Source: a virus (Duplodnaviria > Heunggongvirae > Uroviricota > Caudoviricetes). From it: a stretch of 38,628 nucleotides of DNA. Positions 25,330 to 35,800 of this stretch are shown here, piece after piece. The position numbers and the translations under genes were made by a program. The notes beneath the pieces were generated by a model that ran no database searches, was not told the DNA's origin, and worked only from the letters and a program-made list of their open reading frames with translations. The stretch is taken from positions 1-38,628 of the IMG/VR virus record IMGVR_UViG_2711768037_000009; one strand, written 5' to 3'. Positions within the stretch are counted from its first letter, which is position 1. The number at the start of each line of letters is the position of its first letter.

Positions 25330-25679
25330 TTTCCCGCGATGAATCCGGGACAAGGACCGTCTCAATAGATCTCGGATTCTATTTCAGTCGTGTAGTTGCT
25401 CACTACGCCGTGTCGCCGTTAGAACTACTGAACATCCCTCTCACGATGTTCTGGATGCTCAGTCGCAACATCGACCGTCTACGTGCGGAAGAGGATGTCC
25501 GCAACCTGCAAGTTGCTCGCGCTGCTCAGGCAGATGGCGAGGGCGTGAAGGCGTTCATGGAGGGTTTGCAACTCAGGATTGGAAGACCAGTCGTAACAGA
25601 TAAAGTCTACGATCCAAGCCAGGACAGGGCAGACCCTGACGCCAAAGAGCAACTGATGCAAATATTTGGCAGAGGATGA
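25293..25679 (+). CDS. -1 frame extension ORF (lambda T-like part of a G-T fusion chaperone); no own start
   Basis: Frame opens at ~25293, overlaps last 36 nt of the G-like gene, ends 8 nt before the tape measure ATG; A-rich GAAAAAG at ~25300-25306. Confidence 0.5.
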   Translation, partial: RKRKSGWRRGKVISRDESGTRTVSIDLGFYFSRVVAHYAVSPLELLNIPLTMFWMLSRNIDRLRAEEDVRNLQVARAAQADGEGVKAFMEGLQLRIGRPVVTDKVYDPSQDRADPDAKEQLMQIFGRG

Positions 25680-25686
25680 CAAGGGA

Positions 25687-28600
25687 ATGTCACAAAACGT
25701 AGAGTTTATCCTGTCGCTGGAAGACAAACAGTTTACAGCGTCAATCGATCGTGCGGGAAAACTGCTTACTCGATTTGGTGAGCAGGTAACAAAGCCTGCT
25801 CAAAAAATCCAAACCTTTGAACGCTCTTTGGGTTCGGTCGCCCGTATCATTGGCGTTCTGGAAAGCAAGCTCGATTCTACGGCAGATAAACTACAGGATG
25901 TAGCTGTCGGTTTTGAGCTTGCTTCAGATGCTACGCGTAAAATGCGTGGCAACATCACCAGCCTCAATTCTGGTCTTAAAGCTCTGATTGAGCGCGTCGA
26001 TACGACAACTTCTTCAGTAGGTAAACTCACCGCGTCATTACGTAAAGTGCAATCAGAGCTAAATGATTTCTCTGATTGGGCGACGTATGCAAGCAAAAGC
26101 GCAAACCGCTTTGGTACGGAGGTCAAAGAAGCCTCTGCGTCCGTGAGTGGCATGAATACGCGCCTTAATACCACGACGAAGCGACTCAGTAATTGGGGTG
26201 TCACAACGAGTCAGGCTGCCGAGGGACTGAAAAAGGTTCGTGAGCAGATGGACGAAGTTATCGGACGTCAGCAACTGATTAGCAAGCCGGTACGCGTTCG
26301 TACATCTGGAAGTGGCGATGGTGGTAGCGGTAGCGGGCAGCGTAGCGGCGCTTCTGGCCATAACGGTAAAAATAACGAAGGAGGTATGTTCTCTGGCCTT
26401 CGTGGCAACATTTTCCTGCTTGGCGAGATCGGAGATGCAGCCAGAACGGTTACTGACATCATGTTTGGGTGGCAGAAGCCTATTGTTGAAGCTGCGGCCG
26501 AAATGGAACGTATGCGGGTGATGCTTCGAGGGTTGAATAAGGAGAAGTCCAACCCTGGCCAGGCTGCCGCTGATGATATGAAGTACATCGTAGACATGGC
26601 TCAAAATGCGCCGTTCGCGATGCAGGCGTTAACAGACTCCTTCGTGAAGTTTCGTTCTGCTGGCTTAGATCCAACCGATGGTTCTCTGAAGGCGCTGGTG
26701 GACTCCGTTGCTCGTTTTGGTGGTGATAGTGAGCTGTTGAAGCGTGCATCCATTGCGATCCAGCAGATGTCCGGTAAGGGCGTCGTATCTATGGAAGAGC
26801 TTCGCCAGCAATTAGGTGAAGCTGTTCCTAACGCGATGCAGGCAATGGCAGACGCCGCAGGCATCACTATGGGGGAACTTACTAAAGCCGTTGCCAGCGG
26901 TACGGTTGAGGCAAAACATGCCTTGTCTCTGATGTTTGTTGGTCTGCGTGCGGAGAATGAGAACGCAGCGAAAGACATGATGCAAACCTACACAGGTTCG
27001 CTGGCGCAACTTCAGACGTCATTCACGTTATTTGCTGATCGGGTTGGTCAGGCCGGATATCTGGATTCTCTATCGAAGGGGATGAAAGAACTGGCTTCAA
27101 TCATGAATAGCGCCGAAGGGATTTCGTTTGCCAATTCTTTAGGTTCGGGGTTAACGACGGCAATCGATGGGTTGCGTCAGCTTGCTCAATGGTTAGCAAA
27201 GAACCAAGAGCTGGTAATTAATCTCGGTAAGGTCGTGGCTGCGATGGTTGCGTTCAAACTGATGCGAGCAGGGATCATGGGGGTAGTTGGCGCAGGCAGC
27301 CAGATGGTTAGCACCTTTGCCACGATGGCGACCGCCATACAGACTCCATTTAACCTCGGCGCTACAGCAGTAACTCGATTCAATCGTGCGGCACGTATGG
27401 GGCTGGCTCCGATCCCCTCTCTTATTTTCGCCATCCGTGGGGCGATTACGGGGCTTAAAGGCGCTTTTGCTGGATTAACGGCGTTCATTGCAGCAAACCC
27501 TATAGGGGCAGCATTTACAGTTGCCACTGTAGCTGTTGCTGGCCTAATCACGTACATGACCATGCTCCGCAGCGAAACTTCAAAGGTCGTTGACGAGATT
27601 AGGAAAATACCAGAAGCGATGACAGCGGCCAAACGTGCACAGATGGCGGAGTATAAAGCGCGTCTTGAGCAACAAATCACGCAAAAGGAACAAGAGTTAA
27701 AATCTGGCGAAAAGGTGGTTTATGGGCCGGGTATGGCCGGAACTACAGTAAAGATTAATCAGGATGAACATAAGCGTATAGAAAATGAGCTAAATGACCT
27801 TCGTAAGAAACGCGATAAAACTACTGGGGCAATTGAACGCGGAGACATTGCCGTAGCCAAACGTCTTGCAAAAGATGCGGCAGAATCACAGATAGAGAAA
27901 ATACGGGAAGAGAATAGAGACTTTGCGGCAACATTCGCTAAAGCTCGTCAAGAGGCTCTGGAGAAGATCCAAAAAATCAATGATGACGATTCACTTTCTG
28001 ATGACGAAAAGAACAAACTATTGGCACCGTTACGTGAAACGGTAAACAAAAGCTATCTGAAACCAGCGCAAGAATGGGTTGATTCACTTTCTTCTCGTAA
28101 GAATGCTGTCGAGGGGCAAATAGCCACTCTTAATGATCAGCTTGAAAAAGCGAAAAAGGAAGGAAACACCGAGCAGATCAAGAAACTGCAAGGAAGTATT
28201 CGTGGTTATCAGGAGAATTTGGAAGTCGTCGCTCAGGAACTGACTCAGGCAGAGTTCGAGAGAGATAACGCTGCCAAAACTGGTAAGGGCGTAATGTCAA
28301 ACCAGGGGACTGTTCTTGGGTTAGGTACAACTGATAAAGCTGCTCAGAAGGCGTTGGCGCAATATATGCGAAACCAGATGGATTCTGCGACTTATCAGCG
28401 TACTTTGCCTGACGGCACTCCGATGATGGACTTCGAAGGTAAGCCGATTATTGGGCCTAAACAACTCAAGACGCAGCTTAATTTGCAGAAAGCATCCAGT
28501 GCCAGCTCTCTGGAGAAAATGAGCGATGAAGAGCGTGCCGCAGCCATTGCCGCACTGACTAAAGCTCGTGAACAGGATGCCGCAGCCGCCGAGAAAGCAG

Positions 28601-30258
28601 CCCAACGATCAGCTAATGCCTCGCAGCGTGCGGCCAAGAAAGAACAGGCAGCGCAACAGAAACTGGCAGCCGGATACCAGAAGGCTCTGGACAAAGCCGA
28701 TCAGCTTATGGGGCAAATGGGTGAAAGCTCTAAGGCTACGGTATCGTTTGATCAGTCTCTTCGCGATACAACGAAATCGCTGACAGATTTGGCTAATGCG
28801 GTTCCTAACGAGTTCATCACTCAAGAGATGATCGACAAGGCGAAAAAACGTCTTGAAGACCTCAAAAATGCGACACCTGAATATCGCGAGATGTTTAATC
28901 GCCGCAATGTTGAGCAGATGATCTCCTCTTGGGCACCGGAGGCGGATTCCATTATTAGTGCTGGCTATACGCCGTCTCGTGAAGAGAAAGTTGCTGATTT
29001 CGAAGACACTTACAACCGCAATCTCAAAGCGTTGATAGAACTTCGTGATGAGGCGTCTGATCCTAAAGTCGTGGCGCTTTATACAAAGAAAATCAATCAA
29101 CTTATTGCTGCTGGCAATACCGCACTTATTAAAGAGACTGGTACTGCGACGCAGAAGTTGGCACTGGAATACGAAAACCTGGCAGAGCAGATCGAAAGCA
29201 CCTGGACTGATTTGTTTAGTGGCTTAACTGATGTCCTGACTGATTTCGTTATTAACGGGAAGATGAGCTTCTCCAGCCTGTCTCAGTCCATTTTGAAAGA
29301 TATCACCAATATGGTCGTGAAGTCGCAGATCACGCTGCCTCTAATGAACATGTTGGGGATGGGAACTACCGCAGCTGGTAGTTCACAGAGTGGTAATTTC
29401 CTAACCGGGGTTGCCAATCAAGGTGTGCGCATAAGCAACACTGTTAATGGCGACAAGTCGGTAGGAGAAGCCACGAAGGAGACGTCCAGTTCGGTAACTG
29501 GATTGGGGCAAACGACACAGCAGACCACCAGCGCAATTGGCACAGCAACAAATGCGATTGGTAGCTGGGTATCAGGGCTATTTGATAGCACCGAAGCCAA
29601 AGATGCCGAGACAAAAGCAGTGAAGGATTCCATCTTCTCGATGCAGAACCTCAGCTCTGTTACCGGCGCGCTGTCTGCCGCTTTTGCAATGCTTGGGGCT
29701 AATGCTTCAGGCTCAGGTAATAAGTGGTTAAATTTTGGCGCGACAGTTGCGTCTGGTTTGGTGTCTGTGTGGGCTGGTGGCGGATTCGATGGATTGATGT
29801 CTGGTGCTTCTGGTTCATCTTCTGGATTCAATAATCTTACTGGCCTTGCTGCTGATGGCACGAAAGGCATTCCAGCAATTCCGAAGTTTGCAAATGGTGG
29901 CATATTCGGAAAAGACGGCGTGATCCCGCTCCGGGCATACCAGAAAGGCGGTATTGCTAACTCGCCTCAATTAGCGTTGTTTGGGGAAGGTTCTATGAAT
30001 GAGGCGTATGTTCCATTGCCTGATGGCCGAACAATCCCTGTAACGCTCAGTACCGATGGTATGAGTGGAGGCGGAAATGTTCTTTCTCCTGTATCAATTG
30101 AGATCAACGTCCATAGTGACGGTAGCACAACTGAATCCGGCGATACAGAAAGCATATGGAACAATGCCGCTCAACGGATGAAAGCAATCGCGCTTGAGAC
30201 TATCGCTCAAGAGAAACGTCCTGGCGGATCACTCAACCCAAACACTCAACGTAACTAA
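25687..30258 (+). CDS. Tail tape measure protein (~1524 aa)
   Basis: ORF track 25666..30258; first ATG at 25687; very long, coiled-coil and Gly/Ala/Ser-rich. Confidence 0.85.
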   Translation: MSQNVEFILSLEDKQFTASIDRAGKLLTRFGEQVTKPAQKIQTFERSLGSVARIIGVLESKLDSTADKLQDVAVGFELASDATRKMRGNITSLNSGLKALIERVDTTTSSVGKLTASLRKVQSELNDFSDWATYASKSANRFGTEVKEASASVSGMNTRLNTTTKRLSNWGVTTSQAAEGLKKVREQMDEVIGRQQLISKPVRVRTSGSGDGGSGSGQRSGASGHNGKNNEGGMFSGLRGNIFLLGEIGDAARTVTDIMFGWQKPIVEAAAEMERMRVMLRGLNKEKSNPGQAAADDMKYIVDMAQNAPFAMQALTDSFVKFRSAGLDPTDGSLKALVDSVARFGGDSELLKRASIAIQQMSGKGVVSMEELRQQLGEAVPNAMQAMADAAGITMGELTKAVASGTVEAKHALSLMFVGLRAENENAAKDMMQTYTGSLAQLQTSFTLFADRVGQAGYLDSLSKGMKELASIMNSAEGISFANSLGSGLTTAIDGLRQLAQWLAKNQELVINLGKVVAAMVAFKLMRAGIMGVVGAGSQMVSTFATMATAIQTPFNLGATAVTRFNRAARMGLAPIPSLIFAIRGAITGLKGAFAGLTAFIAANPIGAAFTVATVAVAGLITYMTMLRSETSKVVDEIRKIPEAMTAAKRAQMAEYKARLEQQITQKEQELKSGEKVVYGPGMAGTTVKINQDEHKRIENELNDLRKKRDKTTGAIERGDIAVAKRLAKDAAESQIEKIREENRDFAATFAKARQEALEKIQKINDDDSLSDDEKNKLLAPLRETVNKSYLKPAQEWVDSLSSRKNAVEGQIATLNDQLEKAKKEGNTEQIKKLQGSIRGYQENLEVVAQELTQAEFERDNAAKTGKGVMSNQGTVLGLGTTDKAAQKALAQYMRNQMDSATYQRTLPDGTPMMDFEGKPIIGPKQLKTQLNLQKASSASSLEKMSDEERAAAIAALTKAREQDAAAAEKAAQRSANASQRAAKKEQAAQQKLAAGYQKALDKADQLMGQMGESSKATVSFDQSLRDTTKSLTDLANAVPNEFITQEMIDKAKKRLEDLKNATPEYREMFNRRNVEQMISSWAPEADSIISAGYTPSREEKVADFEDTYNRNLKALIELRDEASDPKVVALYTKKINQLIAAGNTALIKETGTATQKLALEYENLAEQIESTWTDLFSGLTDVLTDFVINGKMSFSSLSQSILKDITNMVVKSQITLPLMNMLGMGTTAAGSSQSGNFLTGVANQGVRISNTVNGDKSVGEATKETSSSVTGLGQTTQQTTSAIGTATNAIGSWVSGLFDSTEAKDAETKAVKDSIFSMQNLSSVTGALSAAFAMLGANASGSGNKWLNFGATVASGLVSVWAGGGFDGLMSGASGSSSGFNNLTGLAADGTKGIPAIPKFANGGIFGKDGVIPLRAYQKGGIANSPQLALFGEGSMNEAYVPLPDGRTIPVTLSTDGMSGGGNVLSPVSIEINVHSDGSTTESGDTESIWNNAAQRMKAIALETIAQEKRPGGSLNPNTQRN

Positions 30259-30299
30259 CTATAGACGGCCCCAACGGGGCAGTCTCACAAGGATGTGAG

Positions 30300-30635
30300 A
30301 TGGAAAGACTGACTTTTAATTGGTATCCAGATTACGAATCTGAAAAAAGCGTAAAACCGAATGTAACGGTACTTAATTTTGGTGATGACTACGAGCAGCG
30401 ACAGGCTCAAGGTCTTAATCGCATTAAGGAAGAGTGGTCGTTAACTTTTAGCAGACAATACAACGAAATTAATGCCATTGATGATTTTTTGACTGATCGA
30501 GCTGGTGTTGAGTCATTCTATTGGGTAAACCCACGAGGTAAACGGATAGTGGTTGTGTGTGACAGCCATATGGTCAAACGCTATCAAGGTTACTGCGTGT
30601 TAACTGCTACATTCAGACAAGTGTTTGAGGTTTAA
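30300..30635 (+). CDS. Minor tail protein, lambda gpM-like (111 aa)
   Basis: Shares remembered gpM landmarks (FGDDY..Q...GLN, FYW, VVC, F.QV) at similar size. Confidence 0.8.
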   Translation: MERLTFNWYPDYESEKSVKPNVTVLNFGDDYEQRQAQGLNRIKEEWSLTFSRQYNEINAIDDFLTDRAGVESFYWVNPRGKRIVVVCDSHMVKRYQGYCVLTATFRQVFEV

Positions 30636-30669
30636 GTGTCTGGATAAGTAAATGCTAATTTACTATCAT

Positions 30670-30705
30670 GATGGTGATGGTGATGGTGATGGTGATGGTG
30701 ATGGT
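30670..30705. repeat. Hexanucleotide microsatellite (GATGGT)x6 in the M-L intergenic region
   Basis: Six perfect tandem units ~35 nt upstream of the L-like ATG. Confidence 0.8.
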
Positions 30706-30740
30706 GTCCTGCCAGCACCACTTATTTCAAGGATGAAACA

Positions 30741-31439
30741 ATGGGAATTAAAGCTGATATTCAGAGCTTATCTCCCTCTGCACTCATTGAGTTGTTCGAA
30801 CTGGATATGTCGAATACAACTTCAGGAGGGAAACTATTCTTCCACGCCGGAACAAACGAACTTATTCAGCCGGTCGTCTGGCAAGGAGTTACATATGAGC
30901 CGTGGCCAATCAAAGCATCAGGCTTTGACAAAACGGGCCAGGGGACGTTGCCACGTCCAAAAATTCAGGTATCGAACTTTGCCGGAACCGTCTCTGCGGA
31001 AGTTCAGGCAAACGACGATCTTGTTGGCTGTCGCATTATTCGCAAGATGACTCTGGCTCGCTTCCTCGATTCCGTTAATTTTAAAGATGGCAACCCAACA
31101 GCAGATCCAAACCAGCACTTCCCGGATGAAATGTGGTTTATCGAACAGAAAACACTCGAAACGCATCAGGTTGTCGAGTTTGAGTTGTCCAGTGTGTTCG
31201 ATTTGATGGGGGTGCAACTGCCGTATCGTCAGATCATTAAAAACACCTGCCCGTGGAAATACCGAGGGCCAGAATGCGGCTATACCGGTCCATATTTCGA
31301 CAAAAATAACCAGCAGACGTCTATGTCTGGTGCGGATTACTGCACAAAACGTTATGACGCCTGTAATGCACGTCGGAATTATTTTGCCGACGGTGTGATC
31401 CATTTTGGCGGATTTATTGGAGCTACGCGGTATGGGTAA
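30741..31439 (+). CDS. Minor tail protein, lambda gpL-like (232 aa)
   Basis: VSN...RFLD.VNF, NTC.W.YRG.ECGY.GP and C-terminal Cys cluster resemble the gpL Fe-S region. Confidence 0.85.
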   Translation: MGIKADIQSLSPSALIELFELDMSNTTSGGKLFFHAGTNELIQPVVWQGVTYEPWPIKASGFDKTGQGTLPRPKIQVSNFAGTVSAEVQANDDLVGCRIIRKMTLARFLDSVNFKDGNPTADPNQHFPDEMWFIEQKTLETHQVVEFELSSVFDLMGVQLPYRQIIKNTCPWKYRGPECGYTGPYFDKNNQQTSMSGADYCTKRYDACNARRNYFADGVIHFGGFIGATRYG

Positions 31440-32229
31440 TAAAGCAATCCCTGAGCTTGGCTCTGACGTTATGCAGCAAATCTATCTCTGCGCCATAAAT
31501 CGCTACCCTAATGAAGCGTGTGGCTTTCTGGTTAGAACTAATGGCGACAAATATCGCTTTATGGAAGCGCGGAATGTTTCGGAGAACCCGCAGAACACTT
31601 TTGTAATGCACGTTGACGACATTATGGCGGCAGAGGATGCGGGTGATGTTATCGCAATCTGGCATTCACATACAGATGAATCAGCAGAAGCATCTGATGC
31701 CGATCGTGCAGGCTGCGAAGCGACGGAAGTTCCGTGGATGATTCTGGCTATTCGCAAGAATGTTGAGGGAGATGCCCCTTTCCATTTTAGCGAGATGAAT
31801 GTGATCACACCTGATGGTTTCGAAATGCCATACCTGGGTAGACCGTATGTATTTGGCGTATTCGATTGCTGGATGTTGTGTCGGGACTATTTGAAGCGTG
31901 AGTTTAACGTCGAGCTTAACCCGAACGCACACCTGCATATTCCATCGTGGTACACCGGCGATAACGACATTCTCGACCAGAACTACCGAAACGAAGGATT
32001 GGTACGGCTTGCGCCTGGAACAGAGCCTCAACGTGGGGACGTCTTCTTTATTCAATACGGGAAAATGCCAGATCACTGCGCGGTTTATATCGGCGATGGA
32101 ATGATTCTTCATCACCAGATCGACCGTCTTAGTTGTCGTGCTTATTACGGCGGAATGTATCAGAAACATACGACGCATCACTTGCGTCACAGAGACTTGC
32201 TCAAGGGAGATGAGACGTGTCTGAGTTAG
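31432..32229 (+). CDS. Tail assembly protein, lambda gpK-like (MPN/JAMM + NlpC/P60 domains)
   Basis: ORF track 31405..32229; ATG at 31432 overlaps the L stop; JAMM motif HSHTDESAEASDAD; Cys/His NlpC/P60-like C-terminal half. Confidence 0.8.
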   Translation: MGNKAIPELGSDVMQQIYLCAINRYPNEACGFLVRTNGDKYRFMEARNVSENPQNTFVMHVDDIMAAEDAGDVIAIWHSHTDESAEASDADRAGCEATEVPWMILAIRKNVEGDAPFHFSEMNVITPDGFEMPYLGRPYVFGVFDCWMLCRDYLKREFNVELNPNAHLHIPSWYTGDNDILDQNYRNEGLVRLAPGTEPQRGDVFFIQYGKMPDHCAVYIGDGMILHHQIDRLSCRAYYGGMYQKHTTHHLRHRDLLKGDETCLS

Positions 32230-32807
32230 TTCATGTGCAGCTTGGCGGACCTATGGCCAAACATTTTGGCCGCCACTGGCATCTAAAGGTGCGCAATACA
32301 AAACAGGCTCTGGATTTAATTGAGGCCAACAAGCCTGGTTTTAAAGCATGGATGAAGCGCAATATCAAAACCTATGACAGATACCACATCCAGATCACCA
32401 ATAAACAGGGCCACAAGTGGTCTGTGGACGAGAGTGAATATCAGATGATGGGGCAGTCTGACAACATTGCCAAAATCCGCATTACACCTGTTCCGCGAGG
32501 AAGCGGTGGATCTGCTTTTGGGTGGTTTCAGACGGTTGTTGGAGCAGTATTAATGGTTGCCTCGATATGGGTGCCCGCTCTTGCGCCTCTCGGTTTGTCA
32601 CTGATGATGGGCGGTATAGCGCAAATCATATCTCCACAAGCCACTAACGAAAGTGTGAGACAGGCTGATAATTCGAACTCTTTTTACTTTGATGGGCCTC
32701 AAAATACAACAAACCAGGGCAACCCTGTACAGCTTATCTATGGCGAGGAAATTTTAGTTGGCTCGCAAGTTGTAAGTTCTTCTATCACCATCGATCAGCT
32801 TATGTAA
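32217..32807 (+). CDS. Tail assembly protein, lambda gpI-like (196 aa)
   Basis: GTG start after AGGGAG; hydrophobic Gly-rich central segment and C-terminal YGEEILVGSQVVS resemble gpI. Confidence 0.7.
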   Translation: MSELVHVQLGGPMAKHFGRHWHLKVRNTKQALDLIEANKPGFKAWMKRNIKTYDRYHIQITNKQGHKWSVDESEYQMMGQSDNIAKIRITPVPRGSGGSAFGWFQTVVGAVLMVASIWVPALAPLGLSLMMGGIAQIISPQATNESVRQADNSNSFYFDGPQNTTNQGNPVQLIYGEEILVGSQVVSSSITIDQLM

Positions 32808-32823
32808 TCAAGGATTTTTGGAC

Positions 32824-35800
32824 ATGGAACAGTTCAAGAAGAAAAAGTTACCTCTATTAATTGCAGGTTCAGGTGGCAAAAAAAGTAGCAAAAGCTCTAG
32901 TCGCACACCAGTTGAAGCAGACGATACCGTAAATTCTCGTGCTATGGCCTCTATTCTCGATCTTCTTGGTGAAGGCGTAATTGGCGGCCTGGTAAATGGC
33001 GCAAGATCTATTTTTGTCGACGATTTGCCCATAGTAAATGAAGACGGCTCTTCAAACTTTAGCGGAATTTCATGGGATTTTCGAGACGGCTCACAAGACC
33101 AGACACCAATGTCTGGCTTTGATTTCGTCGAAACACCTAAATCGATCAATATCCAACTAAAGAAATCTCATTATGTGACGGTTTCAATAGATAACGATGA
33201 GGCCGATCGCGTTCGAGTCATCATGAAGTTCCCTTCTCTGCGAAGAATAGACCAAAAAACGGGTGATACGAACGGCACTACCGTTGAGTATAAGTTCCAG
33301 ATCTCAAATGGAGATTCGACATTTGTAGATGTGGTTGCAGAAGGTGAAAAAAACGTTGGTATTAAGTTAACAGCGAAGAAAACAGGTGTTTATTATCGTA
33401 GTTATGAGCTGAAGTTACCCAAGCCAGGTCGGGCATACAGTATTCGAGTAGTTCGTATTACTGATGATAACAACGGTCAGTATCTTTATAACGATACATG
33501 GGTGGACTCAATTGGTGAGATCGTTGATACACCGATGAACTACCCAAACTCTGCGTTGGTGGGACTGAAGGTTAATTCTGAGCAGTTTGGCGGCTCTATG
33601 CCTTCTCGTTCCTATCTGGTGCGGGGATTAAAAATTCGCGTACCATCAAACTACAACGAGGCTAGCAACACTTATGATGGCGTATGGGATGGCTCTTTTA
33701 AGCCGTTGTCTTCTTCAAACCCTGCGTGGATTCTCTTCGACTTGCTTACCAATTCTCGATATGGGCTTGGTCAGTATGTGTCGGAATCTATGATTGATCT
33801 CGGCCAACTGTACCAGATCGGTCGATATTGTGACGAAGAGGTTGATGATGGCTTTGGTGGTAAAGAGAAACGCTTTGCAATCAATACGCAGATCACCAGT
33901 CGACAAGACGCATACCGATTAATTCAGGATATTGCCGGTGCATTCCGCGGCATGGTGTTTTGGGCTGGTGGCATGGTTAATATCATGCAGGATAGCCCGT
34001 CAGATCCGGTAATGATGTTTACTAACTCCAACGTCAAAGATGGATTGTTTACATATAAGGGGTCTGCGCGTAAAGATCGCCCATCCGTTGCGCTCGTAAC
34101 CTACAACAACAAGGAGGACGGTTATAAGCAAAACATCGAGTATGTTGAAGATCAGGACGCAATGCGCCGTTATGGTGAGCGTAAAACAGAAGTCGTAGCA
34201 TTTGGATGTACGAGCCGAGGCCAGGCTCACCGAGTTGGTTTGTGGCTGTTGTATACCGCCAGAATGGAGTCGGATGTAATTACATTTACTGCTGGCTTAG
34301 ACGCGTCATTTCTGATGCCTGGTGAAACCGTTCTGATTCAGAACAAATATCGTGCAGGCAAACGTAACTCCGGTCGAATTGTGGAGTTTACCAAAAATAG
34401 CATCACTCTCGATGCGCCTGTGTCGTTAGCTAAAAGCGGCAGCTTTATTCGGATATTGAATCAGAAAGGCAAAATCGTTGAACGCGATGTTCTTGAAACT
34501 GGCGAAAACATAACAAAGGTTACGTTTTCAAAAGCCCTGTCGTCGGCGGAAACGCCAGTTTTGAACGGTGTCTGGACAATTACAGAACCAGATCTCGAAC
34601 CTATGCGCGTTCGCATCGTTAACATCGCGCAGGGGGAAACGCCGGGTAGCTTTGACATCACCGCTGTTGAGAACAATCCGTCTAAATATGAGGCGATCGA
34701 CAATGGTGCAACGCTTATCCCGCAAAATACGACGGTATTGGACCCGACTTACTCCAAGCCGTCTAATTTGCAAATCACCGAAGGGACTTATCTCTCAAGC
34801 CCTGGCAATCTGTCAGTAAAACTGACTGCAACATGGGAAGGGAAATCTCCAGTGTATTGGATCAGTTGGCGACGTTCTGATGAAAACAATGTATCGAACT
34901 GGCAATCGGCGCGTGTAACCGAAGAGCAATACGAAATCGTTAATGTTGCAGAGAATGGACGTTACGACTTCCAGTTGTATGCGGTTTCATTCAACGGTAA
35001 AAAAACAGAGATTATCAGTACCGTTTATCAGGTGCTGGGTACAATGACGCCGCCTGATGCGCCCATGTCATTAACGGCAGTTGGGGACTATCGTAATGTG
35101 ATACTGAATTGGGTCAATCCAGATTCGGTAGACCTTGATCACATTAATGTTTACGCATCCCAGACCAACAATCTGGATACAGCGAAACTGATCGCAGAGT
35201 CAGCGAGTACAACCTTTACACATGCTGGTCTTGGTGATAACGAAACTTGGTATTACTGGGTTAGATCAGCAAATAAGCGTGGCATGTTGAGTCGTCCAAA
35301 CTCAAATCTTGGTACAGAGGCCACAACGCGAGATGTTCTTTCATTTTTAGCCAATAAAATTACCTCGTCAGAACTTGGCCAGGCTTTAAATGAGGAAATT
35401 GACAGTAAGGCTTCTCAACAAGCTGTTGATGAAATCAATAATCATATCGTTCAGAGCGTTGAATCTCTGGAAGGTGAAATTTCCGCATTAAATAAGGAGC
35501 TAATGAGTAGTATCGATGAGTTTAAAACATCGTTTACTGAACGCAGCGATACACTGGAGAATGCGCAAAGCGAGCTTAGGACGGAAGTTTCTAGCACTCG
35601 GGAAAAAGTAGATGATGCATTACAACAGGTTGAAAATTCAAATGCAGCACTTATTGAACTACGCAATACAGTATCAGAACAAGGTGATTCTGTTGCAGGT
35701 GTCGTAGAAGCAGCAAATGCGGCACTTGAAAATGCATCATCTTTAATTGCCGAAGAGCGTGAAGCTCGTGCACAAGCAGAACTGGCGAATGCTAAAAAGA

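Noticed and set aside
25800-29903. Minus-strand ORFs inside the tape measure gene (e.g. 26059..26604, 27186..27680, 28609..29100, 29418..29903)
   Set aside because: Antisense to a long, well-supported gene; low-complexity translations and no start context
30670-30705. Possible CRISPR array or CRISPR-like repeats
   Set aside because: Units are 6 bp with no spacers; iteron clusters elsewhere are degenerate and also spacer-less; no cas genes in the window
30652-31050. 132-aa ORF beginning MLIYYHDGDGDGDGDGDG
   Set aside because: Artifact of reading the (GATGGT)n microsatellite and then the L-like gene out of frame
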